In this document: piece by piece, positions 40,719 through 51,222 of the stretch
How the letters are laid out: each line of letters starts with the position of its first letter
Position numbering within the stretch: position 1 is the stretch's first letter
NCBI GenBank assembly: GCA_050290225.1
Contig: JBNKHG010000057.1
Span: 46,932-110,931, forward strand
DNA from: Cellvibrionaceae bacterium
Lineage (GTDB): Bacteria; Pseudomonadota; Gammaproteobacteria; Pseudomonadales; Cellvibrionaceae
Direction: 5' to 3'
Length of the DNA: 64,000 nt
Translations under genes and position numbers: made by a program
The notes under the pieces: model-generated
What the model was told of the DNA's origin: nothing
What the model saw: only the letters and a program-made list of their open reading frames with translations
The model's database searches: none

Positions 40719-43064
40719 TTGCTTAACTTTCGAGCAGTCGCTCTGGGAATGAGCCTGACTCTTTACACCGGTGTGCTTAGTCACCTGGCAGTGGCGTCCG
40801 GGAAGGAAAAATCCGAGGATATGGAAATTGTCGAGGTGGTCGGTTTCACTCCTACAGAAGGCTTTGGTCTTCCCCGCAACCGGGTGCCGGCCCGTGTGCA
40901 GTCTGTCAGCCAGGAGGCTCTGGAGACTGCCCAGGCACTGGATGCCGCCGACTTTATGAGCCGCCATTTCAGTGGCGCCACTATCAATGCTGCTCAGAAT
41001 AACCCCCTGCAGCCCGACCTGCAGTATCGCGGTTACACGGCCTCGCCGCTATTGGGGCTACCCCAGGGGCTGGCGGTTTACCAAAACGGCGTGCGTATCA
41101 ATGAACCTTTTGGCGATACCACCAACTGGGACCTGATTCCCCTATCCGCGATTCACCGCCTTGACCTGATTGCCGGTTCCAACCCTGCCTTTGGCCTTAA
41201 CAGTCTCGGTGGCTCCCTCTCGTTGCAGATGAAAGACGGGTTTAATACCGAGGGCTATGGTGTTGACCTGAGCAGCGGCTCTTTTTCACGCCAGCGTGGA
41301 GCTTTGGAAGCGGGTGGTAATGATGGCACCTACGCTTACTACCTGAACCTGTCCCGGTTTGCAGAAGACGGCTGGCGTGAGAGCTCCGCTTCCGAAACGC
41401 TCAATGTCTATTCAAGCCTCAGTCGCCATACCGATTCGAATCAGTTGAGCCTTGATCTGCAGTACGGCGATACGGAACTGCGCGGTAATGGACCCAGCCC
41501 GGTGGAACTGATCGAAGAGGATCGCGCGGCCGTCTTTACCCATCCCGATTTGACGGAAAACCGCATGACCGTGGTGACGCTTCGCGATATCCACCGGCTG
41601 ACGGAGGATTCCAGTCTCTCGGGTGTTATATACTGGCGCAAAAACCGCACCTCCACGTTTAACGGTGATGGCACCGAGTTCGAGGCGTGTGATGTTGCCG
41701 ACGAGGCGTTGCTGGTGGAGGCGTTTGAAGACCGGGACGGCGATGACGAGTGCGATGCGGGCGTTGACAGCGATATCGAATACGTCCTCGACCAGTACGG
41801 TGACGCTGTCGATGGTGATTTGAGCGCGATCAACAACCTCGGACACCTGACGCAGGAAAGCTACGGTGGCACCGGGCAGTGGAGTTTTAAACACCATCTG
41901 CTGGGCTTCCCGGCGCAATCTGTTGTGGGGATCAGTTACCGACGCGCTACGGCGGAATTTGACTCTTCGGTGGAACTGGCCGAACTCAGCAATGACAGAA
42001 GTACCCTGGCCAGCGGACTGTTTGTGCCGGCGGGGGCGACTGCTCTGGACAGCGGTACCCGCAGCAGCGGCATCTACTTCGCCAATGCCCTGTCGATCAG
42101 CGACCGGCTCAATGCCACCTTCTCGGGGCGCTATAATCACACCCGCGTGACCCTGCGCGATCGCAGTGGGGAACACCCCGAGTTGGATGGCGAACATGAT
42201 TTCGAACGCCTCAACGCCTCGTTCGGGATGACCTATCAGCTGAATATCGATACGAATCTATATGCCAGCCTTGGTCAGACTTCCCGGACGCCGACCCCTA
42301 TAGAACTGGCCTGTGCCGATCCGGAATTCGAGTGCCGCTTACCCAATGCTTTCCTGGCGGACCCTCCGCTGGAGCAGGTGGTTGTCAGTACCCTGGAGGG
42401 TGGCATGCGCGGGATGTGGCCCGGGAACCTGGCCTGGGAACTGGCCCTTTTCCACAGTATCAATCAGAACGATATTATTTTTCAGAGTACGGGTGGTGCC
42501 CTGGCCAATCACGGCTACTTTGACAATATCGACCAGACACGGCGCACGGGCCTCGAACTCAACTTCAGTGGTGAACATGGCGCACTGGCCTGGTCTGCGG
42601 GATACAGCTATTTGCGCGCTACCTTTGACGATGGATTCGCCGTCAGCAGCCCCAATAATCCCGCTGCCGACGAGGCCGGTATGATCCAGGTTTCCCGCGG
42701 TGACCGCCTACCGGGTTTGCCTGAGCACAGCTTGAAGTTGGGGGTGGATTATCGCTTTGGCCAGAGAGCGATGCTGGGTGCTGAGATGCAGTACAACAGT
42801 GGTATATACCTTCGCGGAGATGAAGCCAATCTGTTGGGCAAAACCGGCAGCTATGCGGTATTTTCACTGGTTGGCCAATACCAGCTTAATAAAGCGTTGA
42901 GTCTGGCCCTGAGAGTGGACAACCTGTTTGACCGGGAATATACCAGTTTCGGCCTGTTGGGCGAGCCGGACGAGGTGCTGGGCGAGGATTATGAAAACCC
43001 GCTCTTTCACAGTGTGGGGGCTCCGCGGGCGGCCTGGCTTGGTCTGCGATTGCGGTTGCGCTAG
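40719..43064 (+). CDS. TonB-dependent outer-membrane receptor
   Basis: 781 aa with a signal peptide, a plug domain (…EIVEVVGF…, LQYRGY), a beta-barrel and a C-terminal aromatic-rich TonB_dep_Rec end. TTG start after GGAGAGG. Confidence 0.88.
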   Translation: MLNFRAVALGMSLTLYTGVLSHLAVASGKEKSEDMEIVEVVGFTPTEGFGLPRNRVPARVQSVSQEALETAQALDAADFMSRHFSGATINAAQNNPLQPDLQYRGYTASPLLGLPQGLAVYQNGVRINEPFGDTTNWDLIPLSAIHRLDLIAGSNPAFGLNSLGGSLSLQMKDGFNTEGYGVDLSSGSFSRQRGALEAGGNDGTYAYYLNLSRFAEDGWRESSASETLNVYSSLSRHTDSNQLSLDLQYGDTELRGNGPSPVELIEEDRAAVFTHPDLTENRMTVVTLRDIHRLTEDSSLSGVIYWRKNRTSTFNGDGTEFEACDVADEALLVEAFEDRDGDDECDAGVDSDIEYVLDQYGDAVDGDLSAINNLGHLTQESYGGTGQWSFKHHLLGFPAQSVVGISYRRATAEFDSSVELAELSNDRSTLASGLFVPAGATALDSGTRSSGIYFANALSISDRLNATFSGRYNHTRVTLRDRSGEHPELDGEHDFERLNASFGMTYQLNIDTNLYASLGQTSRTPTPIELACADPEFECRLPNAFLADPPLEQVVVSTLEGGMRGMWPGNLAWELALFHSINQNDIIFQSTGGALANHGYFDNIDQTRRTGLELNFSGEHGALAWSAGYSYLRATFDDGFAVSSPNNPAADEAGMIQVSRGDRLPGLPEHSLKLGVDYRFGQRAMLGAEMQYNSGIYLRGDEANLLGKTGSYAVFSLVGQYQLNKALSLALRVDNLFDREYTSFGLLGEPDEVLGEDYENPLFHSVGAPRAAWLGLRLRLR

Positions 43065-43218
43065 TGGTGGGGTGCTTAAGGAGACAGCGGACTATGCCCA
43101 GTGATATATATATCTAAAAGTGCCCTATAATTGTAAAAGTTCCCTGATATTAGACGTTGTGCTAGTATCGGGGAATCCCAAATGTCGAATTATAATATCA
43201 ATGAATGACGGGTTTATT

Positions 43219-43884
43219 ATGTATCAGATTCTTGTCGCGGATGATCATCCCCTCTATCGTGAGGCCATTATGGGCGTCGTTGAGCACGCCTTTCCCGGCT
43301 CCACCGTGCTTGAGGCCGAGGACTTTGAGTCAGCGCTGGAAACTGTCGGTCAACAGGACGATCTCGACCTGGTGCTGTTGGATTTGAATATGCCGGGAAT
43401 GGACGGCCTCAACGGCCTGATCCAGTTGCGAAATACCGCCCCCGAGGTTCCAGTGGCGATGATCTCCGCCGAGGAGGATCGCGATGTGGTGCTGCGGGCG
43501 ATCACCTACGGCGCCGTTGGTTTTATCAGCAAAACCACCAGCCGGAGTAATATCGGCGAAGCCATTTCACAGATTCTCGAAGGTCAGGTTTATCTCCCGT
43601 CGGATATTATCCGCAGCGGCAAGCAAACTGCCTCTGCCGGAAAAACGGAAACCCAGACGATTGATCCGAAATTACTGTCTTCCCTAACCCGTCGTCAGTT
43701 GCTGGTGTTGGAGCGGATGGCCCACGGGGAGTCCAACAAGCAAATTGCCTACGAACTCAATATCGCGGAGACCACGGTTAAGACCCATGTCTCCGCTATT
43801 CTGAACAAGCTGGATGTGCACAACCGCATGCAAGCGGTTCTCTGCGCCAGCAAGGTTAACTTCGACCAGTACCTGCATCGTTAA
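43219..43884 (+). CDS. NarL/FixJ (LuxR)-type response regulator, ErbR/AgmR-like
   Basis: Has a receiver domain ([17 protein letters not shown]...[14 protein letters not shown]) and a LuxR HTH ([36 protein letters not shown]). The start is trimmed to 43219; 43201 is also possible. Confidence 0.85.
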   Translation: MYQILVADDHPLYREAIMGVVEHAFPGSTVLEAEDFESALETVGQQDDLDLVLLDLNMPGMDGLNGLIQLRNTAPEVPVAMISAEEDRDVVLRAITYGAVGFISKTTSRSNIGEAISQILEGQVYLPSDIIRSGKQTASAGKTETQTIDPKLLSSLTRRQLLVLERMAHGESNKQIAYELNIAETTVKTHVSAILNKLDVHNRMQAVLCASKVNFDQYLHR

Positions 43885-45778
43885 CGGCGTTTGGTCGGGA
43901 TTTTGGGTAATGGTCGCCCGCCTTCCCATCCCCCTCGTCATCCTGTGACTGCGGCAACCACTTTTGCAGTAGACCCTTTACCGTGCTGAGGGTGATCGGT
44001 TTGGCGATATGGTCGTCCATGCCGGCATGCAGACAACGCTCGCGATCACCGCGCATGGCATGTGCAGTCATGGCGACGATCGGTGTGTGGCGGCTCTCTC
44101 CCTCATGGCGGCGAATCTCAGCCGTGGTTTCAAAACCGTCCATTACCGGCATCTGGCAGTCCATGAAAACCAGATCATAGGTCGTGGATTTTGTCCGTTC
44201 CAGAGCCTCCAGACCGTCATTGGCGACCTCGGTGTGATAGCCCAGCTTTTCGATAATTTTGGTGGCCACTTTCTGGTTGACGACATTGTCTTCGACCACC
44301 AGAACAGTGCCCTTGATTTTCAGGTCTGGCTGTTCACGCGCTTTAGGTTGTGATGAAAGCGGGGCGGTGTTGTGAGGTGAGAGGCTATCGTTGAGCAGAT
44401 CGAGCAGTTGTCGCTGACGTATCGGTTTATTCAAACAGTTGTTAAAGCCCGCGTCCTGTGCTTTTGATCGAATACCTTTTTCATGGCGCGAAGCCATCAA
44501 TATCAAGGTGGTATTAAGGGGGGCTGAAACTGACTGGGCGGCGGCTGCGAATCCCAATCCGTCCAGTCCCGGCGAGGACATGGCGATCAATGCCAGACGG
44601 TAAGGTGGTTTCGCCGCTCCAAGCCATTGCAGGCCGGTCTCTGCATCCCCGGTGGTGTCGCATTCTATTTGCCAGCTCCCGCAGAGTTCACGCAGTGTCT
44701 CCCGCGTGGTGTCGTTGTCATCGACCACCAGTACCCGCGCATCCTCGAAAGTTTCGATATCCGGTGGGGACTGCAAGTGTTCCGTAGCCCTGTCAAAGGT
44801 GGCGTCAAACCAGAAGGTACTCCCGGCCCCTTCAAGGCTGGACACGCCCACCTCTCCATTCATCAATTTAGCCAGTTGTCGGACAATGGCCAGACCGAGC
44901 CCGGTGCCCCCGTATTTGCGGGTGGTCGAACTGTCCGCCTGGCTGAAAGGATCAAACAGCTTGGCTTGTTTGTGTGAGGGAATACCGATGCCCGTGTCTT
45001 GCACTTCGAAGTGAAGGCGAACTTTTCCTTGCGGGGCCGGAGTTGGGTGTTGTGTGATATTGAGGAAAACCTCGCCGTGTTGGGTAAACTTGATGGCATT
45101 GCTCAACAGGTTGGTAATGATCTGGCGCAGTCGACCCGGATCGCCCCGTAATTGTCGGTCGATTTCGGGATCTACCCGATAGGATAGTTCCAATCCCCGT
45201 TCAAACGTCTGCGAGGCCAGCAGGTCGAGAATATCCTCAACTGTGTCAACGAGTGAAAAGTCCAGATTTTCCAACTCAACCATGCCCGCTTCGATTTTCG
45301 AGAAATCGAGAATATCGTTGATGATATCCAGCAGGGCATCGGCTGACTTTCGTACCGTTTCCACATAGTCGAGTTGTTCGTGGGTGAGCTCGGTATCCAA
45401 AAGCAGGCTGGTCATGCCGATCACGCCGTTCATGGGTGTGCGTATTTCATGACTCATATTGGCGAGAAACTCACTCTTCGCGCGGCTGACCTGTTGCAGT
45501 TTTTCCTCAATTCGCTGTCGCTCTTCAATCTCCTTTTCCATTTTCTGGTTGGCAACGCTGAGGGCGCTGTTGGTCTCTTCCAATTCATCCAGTGCCGCTT
45601 TGAGTTCTTCCGTACGCTTGCGAATTTCGTCTTCCAGCACAATCGTGGTTTGCAGCTGTCCGAAAGCGGTGGTGGAGTCATTCGTACCCAGTTCCACGCG
45701 CTTGATCAGCGCTTGGATAATTTTTTCCTTTTTGGCGAGCTGGGCACTCAGGCTTTCGATGGTAGGGTCTGTATCCAT
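43856..45778 (-). CDS. Cytoplasmic hybrid sensor histidine kinase with one degenerate and one intact receiver domain
   Basis: 640 aa with an N-terminal coiled coil, HisKA ([13 protein letters not shown]) and HATPase ([10 protein letters not shown]). The first receiver has Ala at the phospho-Asp position ([13 protein letters not shown]). The second receiver is intact ([11 protein letters not shown]). No TM segment is apparent. Confidence 0.88.
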   Translation of the reverse strand: MDTDPTIESLSAQLAKKEKIIQALIKRVELGTNDSTTAFGQLQTTIVLEDEIRKRTEELKAALDELEETNSALSVANQKMEKEIEERQRIEEKLQQVSRAKSEFLANMSHEIRTPMNGVIGMTSLLLDTELTHEQLDYVETVRKSADALLDIINDILDFSKIEAGMVELENLDFSLVDTVEDILDLLASQTFERGLELSYRVDPEIDRQLRGDPGRLRQIITNLLSNAIKFTQHGEVFLNITQHPTPAPQGKVRLHFEVQDTGIGIPSHKQAKLFDPFSQADSSTTRKYGGTGLGLAIVRQLAKLMNGEVGVSSLEGAGSTFWFDATFDRATEHLQSPPDIETFEDARVLVVDDNDTTRETLRELCGSWQIECDTTGDAETGLQWLGAAKPPYRLALIAMSSPGLDGLGFAAAAQSVSAPLNTTLILMASRHEKGIRSKAQDAGFNNCLNKPIRQRQLLDLLNDSLSPHNTAPLSSQPKAREQPDLKIKGTVLVVEDNVVNQKVATKIIEKLGYHTEVANDGLEALERTKSTTYDLVFMDCQMPVMDGFETTAEIRRHEGESRHTPIVAMTAHAMRGDRERCLHAGMDDHIAKPITLSTVKGLLQKWLPQSQDDEGDGKAGDHYPKSRPNAVNDAGTGRS

Positions 45779-46019
45779 AAACGGAAAATGATCTGTAGAA
45801 TCTCTGTGGATAGAAACGGGTAATACCTGCTTTTTTCGTCATTAGCTTTATCTAATTCTAGCATCGGGAAGAAATGGATTTGGGTGCCAGGCTGGATTTG
45901 ATGCCTGTATATTCCTGAAAGTACTTAAACACAAAGTACTAATGAATGAACATCCTGAAACGTAGGGTTTTGCTATGGCTCGCTAAAGGTGTTTGGTGGT
46001 TTTGGGCAGCTCACTTGCC

Positions 46020-46110
46020 GCTTGAAGCTTGCGGCTTGAAGCTGCAAGCTTCAAGCTGCAAGCTGCAAGCTTCAAGCTTCAAGCTTCAAGCTTCAAGCTT
46101 CAAGCTACAA
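46020..46110. repeat. Tandem heptanucleotide array, 13 units of GCTKSAA (the last six units include five consecutive exact GCTTCAA)
   Basis: Read directly: GCTTGAA GCTTGCG GCTTGAA GCTGCAA GCTTCAA GCTGCAA GCTGCAA GCTTCAA x5 GCTACAA. The last unit contains the stop codon (46105-46107, minus strand) of the PAS kinase gene. Confidence 0.95.
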
Positions 46111-48798
46111 GAGATGTCGCAACATCGATTTGAGCTTGTGGGGTTTGATAGGCTTGTTGAGCAAGTGGTAACCCAGCTCACGGACCTGTTGTTTTAGCGA
46201 TTGGCTGCGATTGGCGGTGATCATCAACACCGGCAGGGATTGCCCCAGCCAATGGCGCAGTTGTTTGGCGGCTTCCACCCCGGTTTCTTCGTTGTCCAGG
46301 TGATAGTCGGCAATCACCAGGTCAGGTGGAGCCTGTTTCAATACTTCCGCATCCAGTTTGTGGATGGAGGTGGTGGCCAGGACCTGGCAACCCCAGTTGC
46401 CAAGCAGTGTCTCCATACCTTCGCAAATACTGGTGTCGTTGTCGATGACCAGTATCCGCCGCTCGATCATGGCGTCCTCCACTGCCGCCAGCTGTGGGGG
46501 TTGCATGATCGGCTGGTGTTCGGGGAGTTTTCCGTAAGGCACCAGTACCGAGAATACAGATCCCTTACCCGGCTCGGAGCGCACATATATTTGGTTGCCC
46601 AGAATACGCGATATTTTGTCCACGATCGCCAGCCCGAGTCCCAAACCCTTGGCGCCACGGTTTTGTTCAGAGGGCAGGCGTTTGAATTCCAAGAAAATTT
46701 CTGTGAGTTTTTCCTGGGGAATCCCAATACCGGTATCCCAGACCTGTATCAGCAAACCTTCGGGATGGCGGCGACATCCCAACAGGATATCACCGTGGTC
46801 GGTGTAGCGGATGGCATTGGAAAGCAGGTTTCGAAGGATGCGTGCCAGCAACTGGGCGTCGGTGGCAACCACGGCGCTGCTGGGCACAAACCGAAAGTGC
46901 AAATTGGCCTGTTCCGCTTGCGGGCGAAATTCATTGGCCAGGTTTTTCAGCAGTACATTGGCATCGAAGGCTGCAATATCGGGTTCCACCACGCCAGCGT
47001 CCAGCTTGGAGATGTCGACCAGGGTGCTGACCAGGGATTCCACGTCCTCCATGGAGTAATTGAGCGAGTCCACCAACTTGCTCGCCTCCTGGGGCAACTT
47101 GTGTTCCTGCAGGGCAGTGGTAAACAGCCGTGCGGCGCTCATGGGCTGCAACAGGTCGTGGCTGACCGCGGCCAGAAACTTGGTTTTGGTCAGGTTGGCG
47201 TGTTCCGCTTCGCCCTTGGCCTCCATTAACAGTTTTTCCGCTTCTTTACGCTCAGCGACCTCCTGGCGCAGTTTGGAGTTGAGCTCCGTCAACTCCTTGG
47301 TTCGCTCCGTCACCCGGTGTTCCATGTGCTGGTACGCGTGACTGAGCGCTTCGGCAGTACGGCGTTGTTGGGTGACATCCTGTTCCAGGGCGAACAGTCC
47401 CACTACCATGCCGCTTTCGTCATAATCGGGGATATAGGTCTTGTGGATATATTTCTTACCGCAGGGCAGCGATTGTTCGATATCAAAGCTGACATGCTGC
47501 CCTTCGAGGGTTTTGAGGATATAGGGGCGGTGGCGCTCAAACTCGTCTTCACCCAGGATATCCAGCAGGCTGAGGTGGTCGATTTCCGCCCGCGGCCGTT
47601 GAAACCATTCCTCGAAGGCTTTATTGGTAAAGGTGTAGCGCAGCTCCCGGGAGATATAGCCGATCAGGGCGGGCATGGCGTCGGTGATCAGGCGAATACG
47701 GTGTTCACTGGCTCGCAGGGCCGCTTCGTATTCCTCGCGTTCGGTTACATCGGTGTAGGTGATGACAAATCCGCCGCTGCTGGTCGTGTGCCTTTGAATC
47801 TCCAGTAAACGGTCGCCCTTGAGAATTTTTTCTGATTCAAAGCTGCCGTGATTCGGATCCACGTGCTGGGGCAGGGCACTGCCCAACTCGGCGTGGGGCG
47901 CCAGTGCCTGAAAGCGGATGCCCCGGCGAATCAGTTTGGCCGGTGTGTTGGTCAGCTCCAAAAACTGGTTGTTCCAGGCCTCCAGCTGGTGGTTGTCGTT
48001 AAACAGGGCGACCCCCTGGGAGAGGTGGTCCAGGGTGGACTGGAGGATTTTGGATTTCTCCGCCAGCGCTTGCTCCCTGCGCGCCGCTTCACTCTGCTTG
48101 AGGCTGGTGATATCGGTAAAAATAATCACCAGTCCGCCTTCGCGGGTTTGTCGCTCGGTGATCTGTACCCAGCGGTCGTCCCGCAGGCGGAATATTCCCT
48201 GATTGGAGAGTTCGCCACGACGGACTATTTTTTCATTGACCGGAATGGACGTATCGATAATACCCGAGAGCGCGATCTGGTGTTGAATTTCCGACAGGTA
48301 GAGTCCTGGCTGAAATTGTAAGCCTGAGTGGCTCCAAAGCTCATAAAACGCGCTGTTGGCGAGGGTGAATCGTCGTTGACTGTCGAACAGCACAAAAGCG
48401 TCAGAGATACTTTCAATCGCGTCGATAAGTAACTGGTGCTTTTGCTCAGCTTCGCGCTTGGCAGAGGTAAGGTTGTTATTGGCGCTTTCCAGTTCGTTGT
48501 TGGCTTTTTCCAATTCATTAAGCGCCTGCTGCAATCGGATGGTGCGTTCCTTGACCTTCTCGGTGAGGATAACGGCACTTTCAAACGAGGCATAGGCGCC
48601 GCTATAGTTGCCCAGGCCGTTTTCGATGCGTTGCACCAGGGTGCGATTGATTTTTTTCAGCTTGGCGTTTTCGTAACGCAGTGCCTCCAGCTCCGAGGTG
48701 TCATTGGCCGGCGTCAGGGTGGTGGCTTTGTCTTCCGCGGGCGCCGGTGAGGCAGATTTCTCATGTTTCCCCGGCTCAGGTTGGCAGATTTTGCGCAT
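46105..48798 (-). CDS. Multi-PAS hybrid sensor histidine kinase / response regulator
   Basis: 897 aa with a coiled coil, several PAS-like segments, HisKA (SHDLLQPMSAARL), HATPase (GLGLGLAIVDKI) and a C-terminal receiver (DLVIADYHLDNEETG). Confidence 0.9.
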   Translation of the reverse strand: MRKICQPEPGKHEKSASPAPAEDKATTLTPANDTSELEALRYENAKLKKINRTLVQRIENGLGNYSGAYASFESAVILTEKVKERTIRLQQALNELEKANNELESANNNLTSAKREAEQKHQLLIDAIESISDAFVLFDSQRRFTLANSAFYELWSHSGLQFQPGLYLSEIQHQIALSGIIDTSIPVNEKIVRRGELSNQGIFRLRDDRWVQITERQTREGGLVIIFTDITSLKQSEAARREQALAEKSKILQSTLDHLSQGVALFNDNHQLEAWNNQFLELTNTPAKLIRRGIRFQALAPHAELGSALPQHVDPNHGSFESEKILKGDRLLEIQRHTTSSGGFVITYTDVTEREEYEAALRASEHRIRLITDAMPALIGYISRELRYTFTNKAFEEWFQRPRAEIDHLSLLDILGEDEFERHRPYILKTLEGQHVSFDIEQSLPCGKKYIHKTYIPDYDESGMVVGLFALEQDVTQQRRTAEALSHAYQHMEHRVTERTKELTELNSKLRQEVAERKEAEKLLMEAKGEAEHANLTKTKFLAAVSHDLLQPMSAARLFTTALQEHKLPQEASKLVDSLNYSMEDVESLVSTLVDISKLDAGVVEPDIAAFDANVLLKNLANEFRPQAEQANLHFRFVPSSAVVATDAQLLARILRNLLSNAIRYTDHGDILLGCRRHPEGLLIQVWDTGIGIPQEKLTEIFLEFKRLPSEQNRGAKGLGLGLAIVDKISRILGNQIYVRSEPGKGSVFSVLVPYGKLPEHQPIMQPPQLAAVEDAMIERRILVIDNDTSICEGMETLLGNWGCQVLATTSIHKLDAEVLKQAPPDLVIADYHLDNEETGVEAAKQLRHWLGQSLPVLMITANRSQSLKQQVRELGYHLLNKPIKPHKLKSMLRHLL

Positions 48799-48806
48799 GG
48801 GGATTG

Positions 48807-50024
48807 TTACTCACTATCGGGTGGTGCACCAATGGCGACTCCGGAGAAAGTCTGATTGACATGCATGGCGTGAATTTGCTCGCCATAGGTTTCAAAGCCA
48901 ATGACATTGTGCTCCGTCAACAGGGCCGACATCGGTGCTTCCAGCTGCATTTCATCGACTTCGACACGCCGGAGAATACAGTCGTACCCCACGATCAATT
49001 GAGGTTTGCCGACGGCCTCCTTCAGAGTGTTGAGCAGGTTTTTCAGGTGTTCCACCGGGTGACTGCGATGGCAGGTGGAAAATACGATACCCTCGTCAAT
49101 GGCGCAGAAAAAGGTCAGGCTCAAGTCGTCGTTGACTTGTCGAATGGAGCGGATAAAACAGCGGTCGTGAATATTGACGCCGATAGGGTGCAGGGCAAAG
49201 GTTTTCAGGTCCAGCTCTTCCAGGGGCTTGCCGATGGCGCGAGCGTATTCCAGGGCGGCGGGTTCGGCGTTGAGTTCCTGCACGACCCGTGACTGGGGGT
49301 CAGCGGCGGTGACCACCAGCTTGGTGTCCTTGGGTTCCATATGGTGAGTGGAAAAGACCTCGAACGGGCATCGCGTGTTGACCAGGACGATCACCGCGGC
49401 ATCGCTTGAAAACTTGCCGTTGTAAAACACATGGGTGTCTTTAAAATCCAGTGCGTCGCCCGCCGAGCCTCCCACCAGGGGGATTTTACGCAGCGAATCG
49501 TTCAGGGCGTTGAGTACCATTTCCTCCCGGATCGCCAGCCCGTCCAGTAGCGACAGGGCGAAGCTGTTACCCTCGAGGGGCATGATAGCCTTGCTTTCAA
49601 GGGATATAAGCATTTCCTTGACCAGGGCCTGGGTATCGCGGAAGGAAAAGTTATAGAGGTTGTCGATCTGGGCGGCCTCAACGGCAAAATGTGCAGCCGG
49701 CAGACTGAAACCGGTGATTGTGCCGCGCTTGTATCCCATGGGGGTGATTTCGCCGGCGGTAGTGCAGCCGAGCAGGGGGATATCGCCAAACTGTTTGTCG
49801 AGGGCGTCGGCCAGTGCGGGTAGATCGTACTCCACCGAGCAGAAAAAGATCACACACTCGATATCTTCCTGGTATAGCCCGTTATACAGTTCCTCCGCAG
49901 CCTGCGCGGGTGTCCGGTTTTGGGAAAAGGCCGTTTTGATCAAAGGTTGTTGCATAGAAGACCCCACGCCGGGTTGTAGCTCTTCCATTAGTGTAGCTTG
50001 ATGGCTGGGACAGTTGAATGTCAT
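48807..50024 (-). CDS. FIST-domain sensory protein (FIST_N + FIST_C)
   Basis: About 380-405 aa with overall FIST-like architecture (…CVIFFCSVEYD…, …GCTTAGEI…, …FETYGEQ…). Its stop is 8 nt upstream of the PAS-kinase ATG. The start is ambiguous (50024, 49988 or 49955). Confidence 0.7.
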   Translation of the reverse strand: MTFNCPSHQATLMEELQPGVGSSMQQPLIKTAFSQNRTPAQAAEELYNGLYQEDIECVIFFCSVEYDLPALADALDKQFGDIPLLGCTTAGEITPMGYKRGTITGFSLPAAHFAVEAAQIDNLYNFSFRDTQALVKEMLISLESKAIMPLEGNSFALSLLDGLAIREEMVLNALNDSLRKIPLVGGSAGDALDFKDTHVFYNGKFSSDAAVIVLVNTRCPFEVFSTHHMEPKDTKLVVTAADPQSRVVQELNAEPAALEYARAIGKPLEELDLKTFALHPIGVNIHDRCFIRSIRQVNDDLSLTFFCAIDEGIVFSTCHRSHPVEHLKNLLNTLKEAVGKPQLIVGYDCILRRVEVDEMQLEAPMSALLTEHNVIGFETYGEQIHAMHVNQTFSGVAIGAPPDSE

Positions 50025-50079
50025 TGCGATACCCCGATCTGAGTGTTTCTTCTGATTAGCTCCGCCGCTTGCAAAGACG

Positions 50080-51222
50080 CTAGCCCTTGGCAATCAAATC
50101 CCGGGAATTGCGCATGTTGCGAAACAGCATTGGGTGTTGGCAAGCACTCCCATTTTGGGATTCTTTTTGGGATTCTGCCACTATATCCAGTACCTTATGG
50201 TGGTGGGGGCTCTTATCGCAGACTGGATCCGCGTTGGCAGCATCGCCGGTCAGCAGCAGTGCCTGGCAGCGGCAACCGCCAAAATCCTTGGTCTTGTCCG
50301 GGCAACTGCGACAGGGTTCGCGCATCCAATGGTCGCCGCGGTAATAATTGAATCCCTCAGAACGATACCAGATGCTTTCGATGTCCATCTCCGAGACATT
50401 CGGAAATTCGATGGGCAGGCTTTTGGCGCTGTGGCAGGGTAATGCGGTTCCCTCGGGGGTAATGGTCAGGAAGATCGATCCCCAGCCATTCATGCAGGCT
50501 TTGGGTCGGGTTTCATAGTAGTCCGGTACCACAAAAATAATCTTCATCCGTTGACCGAGCTTTTCCCGGTATCGGTTGGCAACCGCCTCCGCCCGCTCTA
50601 ACTGCTCTTTCGAGGGTAGCAGCTGGTTCCGGTTTTCGTAAGCCCATCCATAATACTGGGCATTGGCCAACTCCACATAGTCGGCATCCAGTTCGGCGGA
50701 CAGTTCGAGAATCTGGTCCATCTGGTCGATGTTGTGGCGATGTATTACGAAGTTCAGCACCATGGGATAACCCTGGCGTTTGACTTCGCGGGCCATGGCC
50801 ATTTTTTGGGCGAATGCCTTGTCGCTGCCGGCGAGAAAATTGTTCAACTCCTCCGAGCTGGCCTGGAAACTGATCTGGATATGGTCCAATCCCGCCTCGC
50901 GCAGTGCGGCCACGCGGTCCGCATCCATACCCACGCCAGAGGTGATCAGGTTGGTGTAGTAGCCCAATCGCCGCCCCTCGGCCACCAGTTGATCCAGATC
51001 CCGGCGAACCAGGGGTTCCCCACCGGAGAAGCCGAGCTGAGCCGCTCCCAATTGGCGTGCTTCGCTCATAACCCGAAACCAGGATTCGGTATCCAGCTCC
51101 TCGGCCGCCGCCGCTATGTCGAGCGGGTTGGCGCAGTAGGGGCACTGCAGGGGACACCGGTAGGTCAACTCCGCCAGCAACCAAAGCGGGGGAGTGATGC
51201 TTGCGGTATTCGGGTTAGTCAT
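50080..51222 (-). CDS. pqqE: PQQ biosynthesis radical-SAM enzyme PqqE
   Basis: [21 protein letters not shown] radical-SAM CxxxCxxC, plus a SPASM-type C-terminal cysteine cluster. Confidence 0.95.
   Translation of the reverse strand: MTNPNTASITPPLWLLAELTYRCPLQCPYCANPLDIAAAAEELDTESWFRVMSEARQLGAAQLGFSGGEPLVRRDLDQLVAEGRRLGYYTNLITSGVGMDADRVAALREAGLDHIQISFQASSEELNNFLAGSDKAFAQKMAMAREVKRQGYPMVLNFVIHRHNIDQMDQILELSAELDADYVELANAQYYGWAYENRNQLLPSKEQLERAEAVANRYREKLGQRMKIIFVVPDYYETRPKACMNGWGSIFLTITPEGTALPCHSAKSLPIEFPNVSEMDIESIWYRSEGFNYYRGDHWMREPCRSCPDKTKDFGGCRCQALLLTGDAANADPVCDKSPHHHKVLDIVAESQKESQNGSACQHPMLFRNMRNSRDLIAKG

Noticed and set aside
45946-46197. An 83-aa ORF containing LQASSFKLQASSFKLQ
   Set aside because: The periodic peptide is simply the translation of the heptanucleotide array. 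It overlaps the 3' end of the kinase gene on the opposite strand.
46201-47229. A 342-aa plus-strand ORF, with similar ORFs at 47317-47808, 47848-48321 and 48681-49292
   Set aside because: They are antisense to the PAS kinase and FIST genes. Their composition is repetitive (Gly/Val/Gln/His-rich) with no domain signatures.
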